This document shows positions 1-10,699 of a stretch of DNA of 64,000 nucleotides, in pieces; positions within the stretch are counted from its first letter, which is position 1; every line of letters begins with the position of its first letter. Made by a program: the position numbers and the translations under genes. The notes beneath the pieces were generated by a model. It saw nothing but the letters and a program-made list of their open reading frames with translations. It had not been told where the DNA came from and searched no databases. The stretch comes from Octopus sinensis (taxonomy: Eukaryota): the NCBI RefSeq assembly GCF_006345805.1, contig NC_042997.1, positions 139,190,001-139,254,000 on the forward strand, read 5' to 3'.

Positions 1-2055
1 AGGCCTTCGACAGTATACCGCATCCATGGATCTTGAGATCGCTGGACATCTTCAAAATTTCCCCTGTGATTTCAAACTTCCTGAAGCACAATATGTCGTT
101 GTGGAATACGAATCTCCAACTATACCACTCTAATGGAGTACTTGCCTCAGAAAATATAAACATCAACTGCGGAATTTTTCAAGGTGACTCACTTTCACCT
201 TTAATATTCTGCATAGCCCTAATACCCCTTACAAGTGAATTAAACAGAACAGAGTATGGGTATAAAATTGCCAATAAAAAAATAAGCCATCTATTTTATA
301 TGGATGACTTAAAACTTTATGGTAAAGACAATAATGAACTTGAAGGCCTATTGCGCACCGTGAGAGCATTCAGCGATGACATCGGGATGGAGTTTGGACT
401 TGGGAAGTGTGCCAAGGCCACTTTCCAGAAAGGGAAAGTGAAGACCACAAATTCAGTCGTGTTAGATGTTGACACAGTCATAAGAGAGCTTGAGCAAGAA
501 CAAACATACAAATATTTAGGGATAAATGAAGGCTCTGGTATTCAGCATGCAAGCATGAAAGAGAAAATCAGGAAGGAATGTTATAGGAGAGTTCGTGCAG
601 TCCTGAAATCTGAACTAAATGCACGTAACAAGGTGTTAGCTATAAATTCCTTAGCAGTTCCAGTTGTTACTTATAGCTACAATGTGTTGAACTGGAATAT
701 GAGTGAAGTAAAGAATATAGATAGAAAAATACGCAAGCTGCTGAGTTGTAATAGGATGCACCACCCAAAGGCAGACGTAGATCGCCTTTACCGTCCCAGA
801 GCCCAAGGAGGTCGAGGCCTGATCCAATTTGAACTAGCTTACAAAACAATCACAATTGGACTGGCCAAATATCTTGAAATATCGAATGACTGGATGCTAA
901 AGCTCGTGGAAAATCACGAGAGACGAAAGAAGCTTCATTCTATCATCAAGGAAAGCAAAAAATTTGCTATTGATCTCGTGCAGGATACCCAAACTGAACA
1001 ACCCGAGGGAAGTACGGCAACTATTGTTGCAAAGAAGGTGAAAATGATGGCAATGAAAAAAGCGCACGAGCAATTGGCTGATAGGTGGGAGGAGAAACCT
1101 CTGCACGGCAAATATGTGACCCGCAGCAAACAAGCTGATGTTGACCAGAAGCAAACCCATCAGTGGCTACGGAGCTCAGGGCTAAAAGCAGAGAGCGAAG
1201 GTTTCATCCTGGCTGCTCAAGATCAAAGCCTATTAACCCGGAACTACCAGGCCAATGTGATGAAAAATGGAGCAGACCCAAAATGCCGATTCTGCAACGA
1301 CATGATTGAAACAGTGGACCACCTAATCTCTGGATGTAAAGTCTTAGCACCAGTGGAGTATAAATTAAGACATGACAGAGTTGGCCAATATCTACACTGG
1401 CTAATAAGTCGGCATTACAATATCAAAACTGCCGACAAGTGGTATAATCACCACCCTGAGGCTGTAACTGAAGGAGAAAATGTAACCATTCTGTGGGACT
1501 TTCCAGTACATACAGACCGAACCATCAAGGCCAATAAACCAGATATTGTTGTGAAAGACCAAAACAATAACGTTTGCTTATTGATCGACATGAGCATCCC
1601 TTGTGATCATAATATCTCAGCGAAAGAGTTTGACAAGCTCAGAAAATATAAAGACCTACTCATTGAAATTGAGAAAATGTGGCATCTCAAGGCGGTTACA
1701 ATACCAGTGATCGTAGGAGCACTAGGAATGATCAAGAAGGGAACCGAAAATTATATGAGAATGATCCCTGGCTTACCATCCCTGCAAGAAGTGCAAAAGA
1801 TTGTCTTAACTGGTACATCACACGTATTGAGAAGAGCATTGTCGATGTGAGAACTGTTGCTGCTCATGTATTTTAATTTAACTTTAAAAAAAAAAATTTT
1901 TTTAAATGAACGAACTACTGAGTTTGGTTTAATGGCCTACCAATGTATACTATGAGTTTCTTTGCCCTAGGAGTCGGGAAGACACTCGGCAAGAAATGGA
2001 AGCAAATTTGAAAGAAGAAAAATAAAGTAATAAGAATAATAATAATAATAATAAT
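1..2055 (+). mobile_element. R4/Dong-clade RLE non-LTR retrotransposon, 3' portion, with 3' UTR ending in (TAA)n
   Basis: ORF above, ~175 nt 3' UTR, then taataagaataataataat. Dong-like elements are known to target (TAA)n. Confidence 0.88.
3..1850 (+). CDS. Reverse transcriptase + CCHC zinc knuckle + restriction-like endonuclease ORF of an R4/Dong-type non-LTR retrotransposon (5' part outside window)
   Basis: Frame open from base 3 (AFDSIPHPW). RT motifs GIFQGDSLSPLIF and YMDDLK; GGRGL; zinc knuckle CRFC..HLISGC; RLE motifs RHD, KPDIVV, IDMSIP, K..KY. No stops or frameshifts over >600 codons. Confidence 0.95.
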   Translation, partial: AFDSIPHPWILRSLDIFKISPVISNFLKHNMSLWNTNLQLYHSNGVLASENININCGIFQGDSLSPLIFCIALIPLTSELNRTEYGYKIANKKISHLFYMDDLKLYGKDNNELEGLLRTVRAFSDDIGMEFGLGKCAKATFQKGKVKTTNSVVLDVDTVIRELEQEQTYKYLGINEGSGIQHASMKEKIRKECYRRVRAVLKSELNARNKVLAINSLAVPVVTYSYNVLNWNMSEVKNIDRKIRKLLSCNRMHHPKADVDRLYRPRAQGGRGLIQFELAYKTITIGLAKYLEISNDWMLKLVENHERRKKLHSIIKESKKFAIDLVQDTQTEQPEGSTATIVAKKVKMMAMKKAHEQLADRWEEKPLHGKYVTRSKQADVDQKQTHQWLRSSGLKAESEGFILAAQDQSLLTRNYQANVMKNGADPKCRFCNDMIETVDHLISGCKVLAPVEYKLRHDRVGQYLHWLISRHYNIKTADKWYNHHPEAVTEGENVTILWDFPVHTDRTIKANKPDIVVKDQNNNVCLLIDMSIPCDHNISAKEFDKLRKYKDLLIEIEKMWHLKAVTIPVIVGALGMIKKGTENYMRMIPGLPSLQEVQKIVLTGTSHVLRRALSM

Positions 2056-2450
2056 CCTTTCTACTAAAGGTACAAGGCTCGAATTTTCTTTAGGGGCGGG
2101 AGAACTAGTCGATTACATAAACCCCAGTGTTTCTTTGATACTTAATTTATCAACCCCGAAAGGAAGAAAGGCAAAGTCGAACTCGATGGAATTTGAACTC
2201 AGAACGTAAGAACAGAGGAAATACCGCTAAATGTTTTAACCCGGCGTGCTAACGCTTCTGCCAGTTCGCCGCGAAAATAATAATAGTGGTTTCAAATTTT
2301 GCGACAAGGGCTGCCATTTTGGGGGAGGTGGCGAGTCGATTACATTGACTCCAGTGTTCAACTGATACTTATTTTATCGACCCCGAAAAGATGAAAGGCA
2401 AAGTCAACCTCGGCAGAATTTGAACTCAGAGCGTAGCGACAGGCGAAATA
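2056..2450 (-). mobile_element. Two tRNA-derived SINE copies (family B)
   Basis: Minus strand reads ggcgaactggcagaa..gttagcacgccgg..gagttcaaattcc (A/B-box-like head), central gtcgactttgcctttcatcctttcggggtcgataa, and a tail ending in (ATT)n. Confidence 0.85.
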
Positions 2451-3236
2451 CCTATTTCATTACTACCCACAAGGGGCCAAACACAGAGAGGACAAACAAG
2501 GACAGACAAAGGGATTAAGTCGATTATATCGACCCCAGTGCGTAACTGGTACTTATTTAATCGACCCCGAAAGGGTGAAAGGCAAAGTCAACCTCGGCGG
2601 AATTTGAACTCAGAACGTAGCAACAGGCGAAATACCTATTTCTTTACTACCCACAAGGGGCCAAACACAGAGAGGACAAACAAGGACAGACAAAGGGATT
2701 AAGTCGATTATATCGACCCCAGTGCGTAACTGGTACTTATTTTATCGACCCCGAAAGGATGAAAGGCAAAGTCAACCTCGGCGGAATTTGAACTCAGAAC
2801 GTAGCAACAGGCGAAATACCTATTTCTTTACTACCCACAAGGGGCCAAACACAGAGAGGACAAACAAGGACAGACAAAGGGATTAAGTCGATTATATCGA
2901 CCCCAGTGCGTAACTGGTACTTATTTAATCGACCCCGAAAGGATGAAAGGCAAAGTCAACCTCGGCGGAATTTGAACTCAGAACGTAGCAACAGGCGAAA
3001 TACCTATTTCTTTACTACCCACAAGGGGCCAAACACAGAGAGGACAAACAAGGACAGACAAAGGGATTAAGTCGATTATATCGACCCCAGTGCGTAACTG
3101 GTACTTATTTAATCGACCTCGAAAGGACAAAAAGCAAAATCGACCTCGGCGGAATTTGAACTCAGAACGTAACGGCAGACGAAATACTGCTAAGCATTTC
3201 GCCCGGCGTATTAACGATTCTCCCAGCTAGCCGCGA
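2451..3236 (-). repeat. Tandem array of family-B SINE units (184-bp period, 4 copies)
   Basis: cctatttc..ttactacccacaagggg recurs at 2451, 2635, 2819 and 3003. Units are nearly identical; only the last retains the 5' head. Confidence 0.92.
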
Positions 3237-3247
3237 AAATAACAATG

Positions 3248-3304
<57 letters not shown>

Positions 3305-4339
3305 TAATAATAATAATAATAATAACAATAATAATAATAATGATGCAACTAACACACACCAGCAACAACATCATCACCACCACCACCATCAGCAGTAACA
3401 ACTAAGCTTCTAAACAGTTGAGTGACAGCCATCTGCGAAATGATGAAACGGCGCCAATGCAACAACTCAGCTGAGAGTTAATTACTCCACCACCAACTTC
3501 CGCTTTAAGCAACAGCAACAATAACATTAATAGCAGCAACAACAACAACAACTACAACAACCACTAGAATTAGACAACAATCATCGCAACTGTCACCATC
3601 ATCATTAACATATATAGCATTAAGCCCGTCACCACAACCACCACACTCATCACCACTACCTCTCGAAAATTTAACGCATTCTCTTTAATGCACTAACGCC
3701 ACCGACATGATTTAATACACAAACAAGTGCGCATGCGCTCGCGTGCACACACACACACACGCACACATGCATACAAATGTATAGACACAAACATACATAA
3801 CATGTACATAGATACATATATGCATATATATTTCTGTATACATATACACATATATGCATATATATATATACATATATAAAAAAACAAAAATGGAACAAGA
3901 TCGTAGCAGGCGACAGCAAAACATCAGGACAGTTGGACGATACAAAAAGTGGACAGGAGAAAACATGGACGGGTCATTTGGAGCTTTCTTTCATCAATCA
4001 AATTCCATATCGTCGTTACAGTTTCGGCCGGTTACACTCGAGACTGCTCCAATCTGGCCGGCCCCAACAAAATCTAAGCTAAGAACTCTAGATTCTTTGG
4101 AAGAAAGCAAACGCGTGTATACGAAAACAAGGACGATATATATTTATACATACAGACATACATACATACATACATACATACATACATACATACACACATA
4201 CATACATACATACATACATACATACATACATACATACATACATACATACATACATACTAATACATAAATGCATAAAAATATATACCTATAGATATGTATT
4301 TGCATAAGTTTATACATGTGTATATATATATACCAGAGT

Positions 4340-4545
4340 AAACACATAAATGCGAAACAAGGTGAAAAATTAATAGTCGAATTCCGGAGGTAGAGTAATA
4401 TGTTTTATTAAAAAGCAGCAAAAATGCCTCAAAGACTCAGAGTTTCACGTTCCCGTTCGTCGGACAGTTTTGTTTAGATTTTGTTTAGTTTTGTTTAGTG
4501 AAACTCTGAGTAACAGTATTTGTGATATCTTTGCTGCTTTTTAAT
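4340..4545. mobile_element. Fold-back insert with hammerhead-like motif (probable Penelope-like element terminal-repeat remnant)
   Basis: Inverted arms ~4407-4448 and 4498-4545. Minus strand reads ctgt-CCGACGA-acg-ggaa-cgt-GAAA-ctctgag-T; plus arm reads GAAA-ctctgag-TA-acag. Confidence 0.6.
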
Positions 4546-4550
4546 GATGA

Positions 4551-4807
4551 TGACCCCCTTCGGTCAGACACTGACCATGGGTTTGCACCTAGAGAGTTAC
4601 CCTCTGAGGCACAAGTCTGGGCAAGGTTGTTTTATAGAAGACCAGCAGTCGCCCATGCATGCCGGCCTCCCCTCTCCACGTCACCGATGTTGTCCAAGGG
4701 AAAGGCAAGGGCCGATACAGCTTGGCACCTATGACGTTGCAACTCATTTCTACAGCTGAGTGAACTGGAGCAACGTGAATTAAAGTGTCTTGCTCAAGAA
4801 CACAACA
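4551..4807 (-). mobile_element. tRNA-derived SINE family C, head missing
   Basis: Matches the full copy at 45901-46233 (gtgttcttgagcaagacact..cactcagctgtagaaatgag..gaccgaagggggtc). Confidence 0.8.
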
Positions 4808-4851
4808 CTTTTTAATAAAGTGTATATAAATATATATGTCTGTGTGTGTGT

Positions 4852-4887
<36 letters not shown>

Positions 4888-4995
4888 TGTGTGTGTGTGT
4901 GTGTACAGAAATACACGCACACACACACACTCACTCACATACACTGACATCTATCTATCTAATTAGCTATTTATCAGTTTCTCTCTCTCTCTGTC

Positions 4996-5035
<40 letters not shown>

Positions 5036-5410
5036 TCTGTCTTTCATCGATCTATCTATCTATCTATCTACCTATTTGTATATGCGTGTGTATAAAAATT
5101 TGATTTTAGAAACGAGAGAAATAAAATTCAATACATAAAACAGAGTATTTATATTTTTTTCTTACTCGAGGAGTGACATAGACTTAAGAGCGTACAGTTT
5201 CACGCCAATGATAAGTGCTCTGGCACTAAACTGTAGACCCCTTGAAACAGCGTCGCTCCTGAATTAATGAAAAATATATCAGTGTATGCGTTCGTAGGTT
5301 CCGCTTTCAATCTGACTCTATGGCAACTTGGGAAAATGGTCATCCACTATAGCTCCGAGGTGAACAAAGTTTTGTGAATGGATTTCGTAGACGATAACAG
5401 AATGAATACC

Positions 5411-5446
<36 letters not shown>

Positions 5447-5450
<4 letters not shown>

Positions 5451-5602
5451 AGCGTAGCTAGAGTGTGTGCCGCCCGGGGCCGACCTTCAGTTTCCGACCG
5501 CGGGCCCCACGAAAAAAAATTTGCTTACAGCAAACTCCATAAAAGTGCCGCCCGAGGTGGACCGCCCCCTCCACCCTCTTGCTCCCTCTGGCTAAGCTAG
5601 TG
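5447..5602. mobile_element. Short GC-rich MITE, probably hAT-related
   Basis: Imperfect TIRs tactagcgtagctagag / ctctggctaagctagtg. Internal repeated gtgccgcccg motif. Inserted in (TG)n, so the TSD is ambiguous. Confidence 0.55.
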
Positions 5603-5636
5603 TGTATGTTTGTATGTACGTATGAACGTGCGTATA

Positions 5637-5922
5637 GGGTAAATACCCCACTTCGGTCATGATTGACCGTGAGTGGGTTTGCACAAGTCCGGGCAAGGTT
5701 GTTTGTGGAAAAACCAGCAGTCGCCCATGCATTCCAGCCTCCACTTCTCACTGCCGTTGATGTTATCCAGCTTGGCACCAGTGACGTCGCTACTCATTTC
5801 TACAGCTGAGTGAACTAAAGCAACACGAAGTAAAGTGTCTTGCTCAACAACACAACACACAGCCCGGTCCGGAAATCGAACTCACAACCTCATGTAACTG
5901 TTCTAACCACTAAGCTATGCGC
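5637..5922 (-). mobile_element. tRNA-derived SINE family C
   Basis: Head ggcgcatagcttagtggttagaac..gagttcgatttccggaccggg, with the same body as 45901-46233. Confidence 0.8.
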
Positions 5923-5943
5923 CATATATGCGCGCGCGTGCAC

Positions 5944-5989
<46 letters not shown>

Positions 5990-6849
5990 TAGTGTGTCTG
6001 CGTTTGTATTTGCCCTCCACCACCGCCTTGACAACCATATAAGTGGTTCAGCAAAATGGAACGGTAGAATAAATAGCAAGCTTAAAAATAAGTATCGGGG
6101 TTTGTTTGTTTGACTGACCCCTTCAAAGTGCTGCCCCAGTATGGCCGCAGCAATCCAAAAACTGAAATAAATAATTGACAAAAGCTAAAGGATATATGTG
6201 TGTATGTAAGTGTGTGCGTGTATGTAAACTAAAATATTCAATGAAAGATGAGTTCATATACACGTATACGCGTGCCTAAGTATGTGTGTTTAATTAATTC
6301 TAACTGCGTAATATCGTTTCTTTTATATAAGCGTTTGACCCTAAAATATTGATGCATACACTTATACACACGCGAGCACACATGCAGATACATGTGTGTC
6401 TGTGTTTATCTGCCTGTGTCTATCGTATTATTTCTTACATATATATACATACGTTTATGCCTCTGTATGTGTATGCATGTGTGTATTCGTATGTATATAT
6501 ACTGCACATGTACTCCTATGCCTAGACACATTTATATCCAAACAGAGATACAATCATCGCATATTTGAATACCTTCTATCGCGCCAGTTTTGTGTCGTTT
6601 TTTTATGCATACACGTATATGCATCTACAACTATATGTATATATATGTAGATGTACACAGGTACATACACATACATTTACACACAAAGTCAGATACTTTG
6701 AAATGAATATATATTCATGTCCACTTTTAGCATTGCATATTCAGTAAACACCAATAAGATTTCCATTAAGCCAAATCAATCAAACTCTTGTTCGGGACCT
6801 ATAAGAGTTGGGTCTTTGCTGGTACATATGTCCCAGAACATTAAAAGTG

Positions 6850-7740
6850 AATAAGGGTCCTTTAAGTGCCTAGCAGATCCTTTCTTAAAAACCTTCCTCC
6901 CCTACATCGTACACTTGTGATCTCTCGCCCTTGAGATCTTGGCAAAAGCATAGCTCTTAATAGCAGCGACGGGTATAAGAACCACTTAGCTACTTTGTCC
7001 ATATGTCAGCACTATATGTCTGTCATTTCTAGAATTGACGTTTCTTTATAATAGCACAAAAGATGCTCTCTCCCTCCAAACTGCATTCTTTTAATACTGG
7101 CCGCGCCAAAATGTCGAGTTAAGCCTTTAACCTTCTCTTTTCTGTACATTAACGATCTACTCATTTTCTATCCTATCTAACAACTCATGCCTATACAGAT
7201 ATTATCACCCTTCACTACATCTTAATGGCGGAGGAGTGGCTGTGTGTTAAGTAGCTTACTTACCAACCACATGGTTCTGGGTTCAGTCCCAATGCGTGGC
7301 ACCTTAGGCAAGTGTCTTTTACTATAGCTTCAGGCTAAAGCCTTGTGAGGGATTTGGTAGACGGAAATATATATGTATGTGTGTGTATACGTTGTGTGTC
7401 TGTGTTTGTTCCCCCAACATCGCTTGACAACCGATGCTGGCGTGTTACGTCCCAGTAACTTAGGGGTTCGGCAAAAGAGACCGACAGAATAAGTACTAGG
7501 CTTACAACGATTAAGTCATGGGGTCGGTGCTCCAGCATGGCCACAGTCAAATGACTGAAACAAGCAAAAAGAGTAAAAGAGTTCCGTACATGGACCTCAT
7601 CAACATGCGACTCGCGCCCTGCTTGCATTAATGCCATTTCTAAGACCTTGAAAACATGCTTCGGGTGAAACAATCTTTCTTCTTTCACTAGAACAAAGAC
7701 ACTAAAGATGCTCTTCCTCAAAAATGCATTCCTAATATAT
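6850..7740 (+). pseudogene. Highly decayed CR1/Jockey-type LINE RT fragment interrupted by a SINE
   Basis: Remnant motifs gcccttgagatcttggcaaaagca (ALDISKAF-like), FLYINDLL at ~7139, and THAYTDIITLH (YADD-like) at ~7185. Many indels. Confidence 0.5.
7226..7580 (+). mobile_element. tRNA-derived CORE-like SINE (family A)
   Basis: Head ggcggaggagtggctgtgtgttaag..gggttcagtccc, CORE-like ccttaggcaagtgtc, internal (TA/TG) tract, tail tgactgaaacaagcaaaaagagtaaaagag. Confidence 0.85.
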
Positions 7741-8580
7741 ATTAGTATGGCTGTATACGTATGTATGTAGGATCAATTAAACTGTTATGCACTACAGTTT
7801 AACTTAACATGGACAGTGTACACCTTAAATTACTACAAATCCTACACCACACAAAGTCCGGTGATCTCTCAAGGCAAGTTGATCTCAGTAAAACATTAAC
7901 AGCTCCTTAAAATCTCAGACTGAAACCAGCTATGATCAATTGCTGAATCTTCATCATATGTCGAGTGTTACCACACAGGAATATTAATTACATATCTGGG
8001 ACGGTGTTGCTGTTGTTGCTGCTGTGGCTGCTGCTGCTTCCAATGTTGCTGTTATCCCACCACGCACGCGCGCACACATACATACATGCAGTTTGTAGAC
8101 AGAATCCAAGAAGATCATCCGAATAATTAGTAAGAATTTATTCAACTAATCAAACACTTTATTTCCATTTTATCATAATCAAACTTAACATATCAGACTT
8201 TTTTGTGCATTTGTACATGCATAAATAGACACATACATACATACATACATACATACATACATACATACATACATACATACATACATACATACATACATAC
8301 ATGCATACTGACAGACATGCAAATTTACAAACATACAGATATACATATGCACATACAAACAAGCATATATTCAAATGCATGTGTGCATGTGTATGTGTAT
8401 GTGTGCTTTGAGTCGAATATTCGCATGAAAAGTTATTCGTTGACTAATCGGAGAATACTTCTCTGACATTAATGTGACAACTATCAACTTCTTTTAAATA
8501 ACTGGTTATTCTTCTGATCATATTCATTTAATCATTGAAGAAACCGTCGCGATATTCGTCTCAGACTTGAATACACCACG

Positions 8581-8672
8581 CAGAGAGAGAGAGAGACAGA
8601 CAGACAGAGTAAATGTCTGAGAGAGAGAGAGAGAGTGGGAGAGAGACAGACAGACAGACAGAGTGAATGTCC

Positions 8673-8714
<42 letters not shown>

Positions 8715-8768
8715 GTGAATGTCCGAGAGAGAGAGAGGCAGACAGACAGACAGACAGAGTAAATGTCT

Positions 8769-8816
<48 letters not shown>

Positions 8817-8825
8817 TAGACAGAC

Positions 8826-8856
<31 letters not shown>

Positions 8857-8866
8857 GTGAATGTCT

Positions 8867-8918
<52 letters not shown>

Positions 8919-8980
8919 TAGACAGGCAGACTGATAGACAGAGTGAATGTCTGAGAGAGAGAGAGAGAAGGAGAGAGAGA
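8581..8980. repeat. Compound minisatellite: (GA)n(GACA)n blocks separated by gagt(g/a)aatgtc
   Basis: Spacer gagtRaatgtcY recurs about 6 times at 50-80 bp intervals. Confidence 0.85.
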
Positions 8981-10257
8981 TTAGCTACAAACAACATGAC
9001 TGGAAACGACAACACCAACACTACTGAAAACGAGTCGGAGAAAAACATCAAGAAAGCTAAAATGATCACATTTTAGTTGTCAAAGAAGAAAATGAAAGTA
9101 TAAAATGCATTTTTCTTGGAGTTATGAACTCAATAACGACTTACTTAATTGCAAAACAAGATCTTTCTGTTGGTTTATATGCCATTTTTCTTGGAATTAT
9201 AAACTTAATAATGACTCACTAAATTGCGAAAAGAGGATCCCGGTGTTGGCTGTATGAAAAGAATGAAAACATACTGAGATGACTACCACCCGCAGAACTT
9301 AATTTAATCAGTTACGTCGAGCGATATTTGTTGAATGCAAACAAAGAGTCGGTTATTGTAATTACAATTCGAAAAATTATGAGTATAGTTTTATTGTCCA
9401 AAGTGTAAACACTACATAAATAATACTGCGTGAACATTCTCCTAGAACAGACATCCTTTCAAACATATTGACACCATATGTCACAGTAAACCAGATTCTT
9501 ATTACTACAGCGTTACCTCACAATCATGTTGTTCGTTTTACTGCAGCTATGGTAACTCGTGCTAAGTCCACTGTTCACAAACTACTGCCAGCAGACTAAC
9601 AACAAAAGTGACGATAAATGAAAATATATATTATGAACTGGAAGAGAAAGGTCTGAAAACAACAGCAATGTATTCTCAATGAAATCTTTCAAGGAAAGAT
9701 TACTTCACAACACATCAGAATGGGCTGCTATTAGCAACATTTCTCCGGACATTTTGCTTGTTTATATTTGATAAGGGGAATCTTTCTCGAAATATTGTAT
9801 AAATAACTTATGTTAGATAATACAATATTTTCTCTTTATTTTCGTTTGTTGACATTCACTTTACATATTGTGCCTAGCATTTCACCTGCGTTGCTCAAAG
9901 GTATTTTTAAACATTTATATCAAAGACTATTTCATTTTTAAAGCTGTCTTTTTCTTTACAAGGAAGAACACACATGACAGTCATTAATATGAAACCAAAT
10001 GATAGATTCTAACGGGGATTAACGAAACGGGAAATATCGTGAGGTTACTGAAAAAAAAAAGAAACAAACATGTGCCATCATGAATTTAGGAAAATAGAAA
10101 AACTTGTCGATCAACGGAAAACTACCAATTATGTAGTTTGCTTATATGAAATAAAACATAAAAAAATAACTACACCTTCTGTCAGCAAAGAATAAAAAAT
10201 AAAAAAGGAACACTATTTGGAGACAGCAAAAAAGAACACTTTTTCATCCTCAAAGGC

Positions 10258-10676
10258 TCAGGCGTGGCAGTGTGGCAATAAGTTTGCTTACCAAATATTT
10301 GGTTCCAGATTCAGTCATACTGCGTTGAACCTTGGGCTACTGTCTTCTACTATAGTCCCAGGGCGATTTAAGCCTTGTGAGTGGACTTGGTAGAGGGAAA
10401 CTGAAAATAGCCTATCATATGTGTGTGTTATGTGTGTGTGTGTATGTGCGCACGTATGCATGTGTGTTTGTCCCCTGCCAAAGTTTTACATCTACCATTT
10501 GTTTTGTTTATGTCCCCCACAAACTAGCGGTTCGGCGTAAGAGAACGATAGAATAAGTACCAGCTTAAAAAGAAATAATTACTAATTCCTGAGAGATGTT
10601 TGTTCAACTAAGAAAAAAACCCTTGAAGGCTGTGCCCCTGCATGACCGGAATCCAGTTAGTGAAACAAGTAAAAGA
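10258..10676 (+). mobile_element. Family A SINE, diverged
   Basis: caggcgtggcagtgtggcaataag head, ccttgggc core, gcggttcggc..gatagaataagtacc, gaaacaagtaaaagat tail. Confidence 0.75.
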
Positions 10677-10699
10677 TATCAATTTTTAAAAAATAGAAA

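Noticed and set aside
2451-3236. CRISPR-like array
   Set aside because: Whole 184-bp units are repeated with no unique spacers; they are SINE-derived and there are no cas genes.
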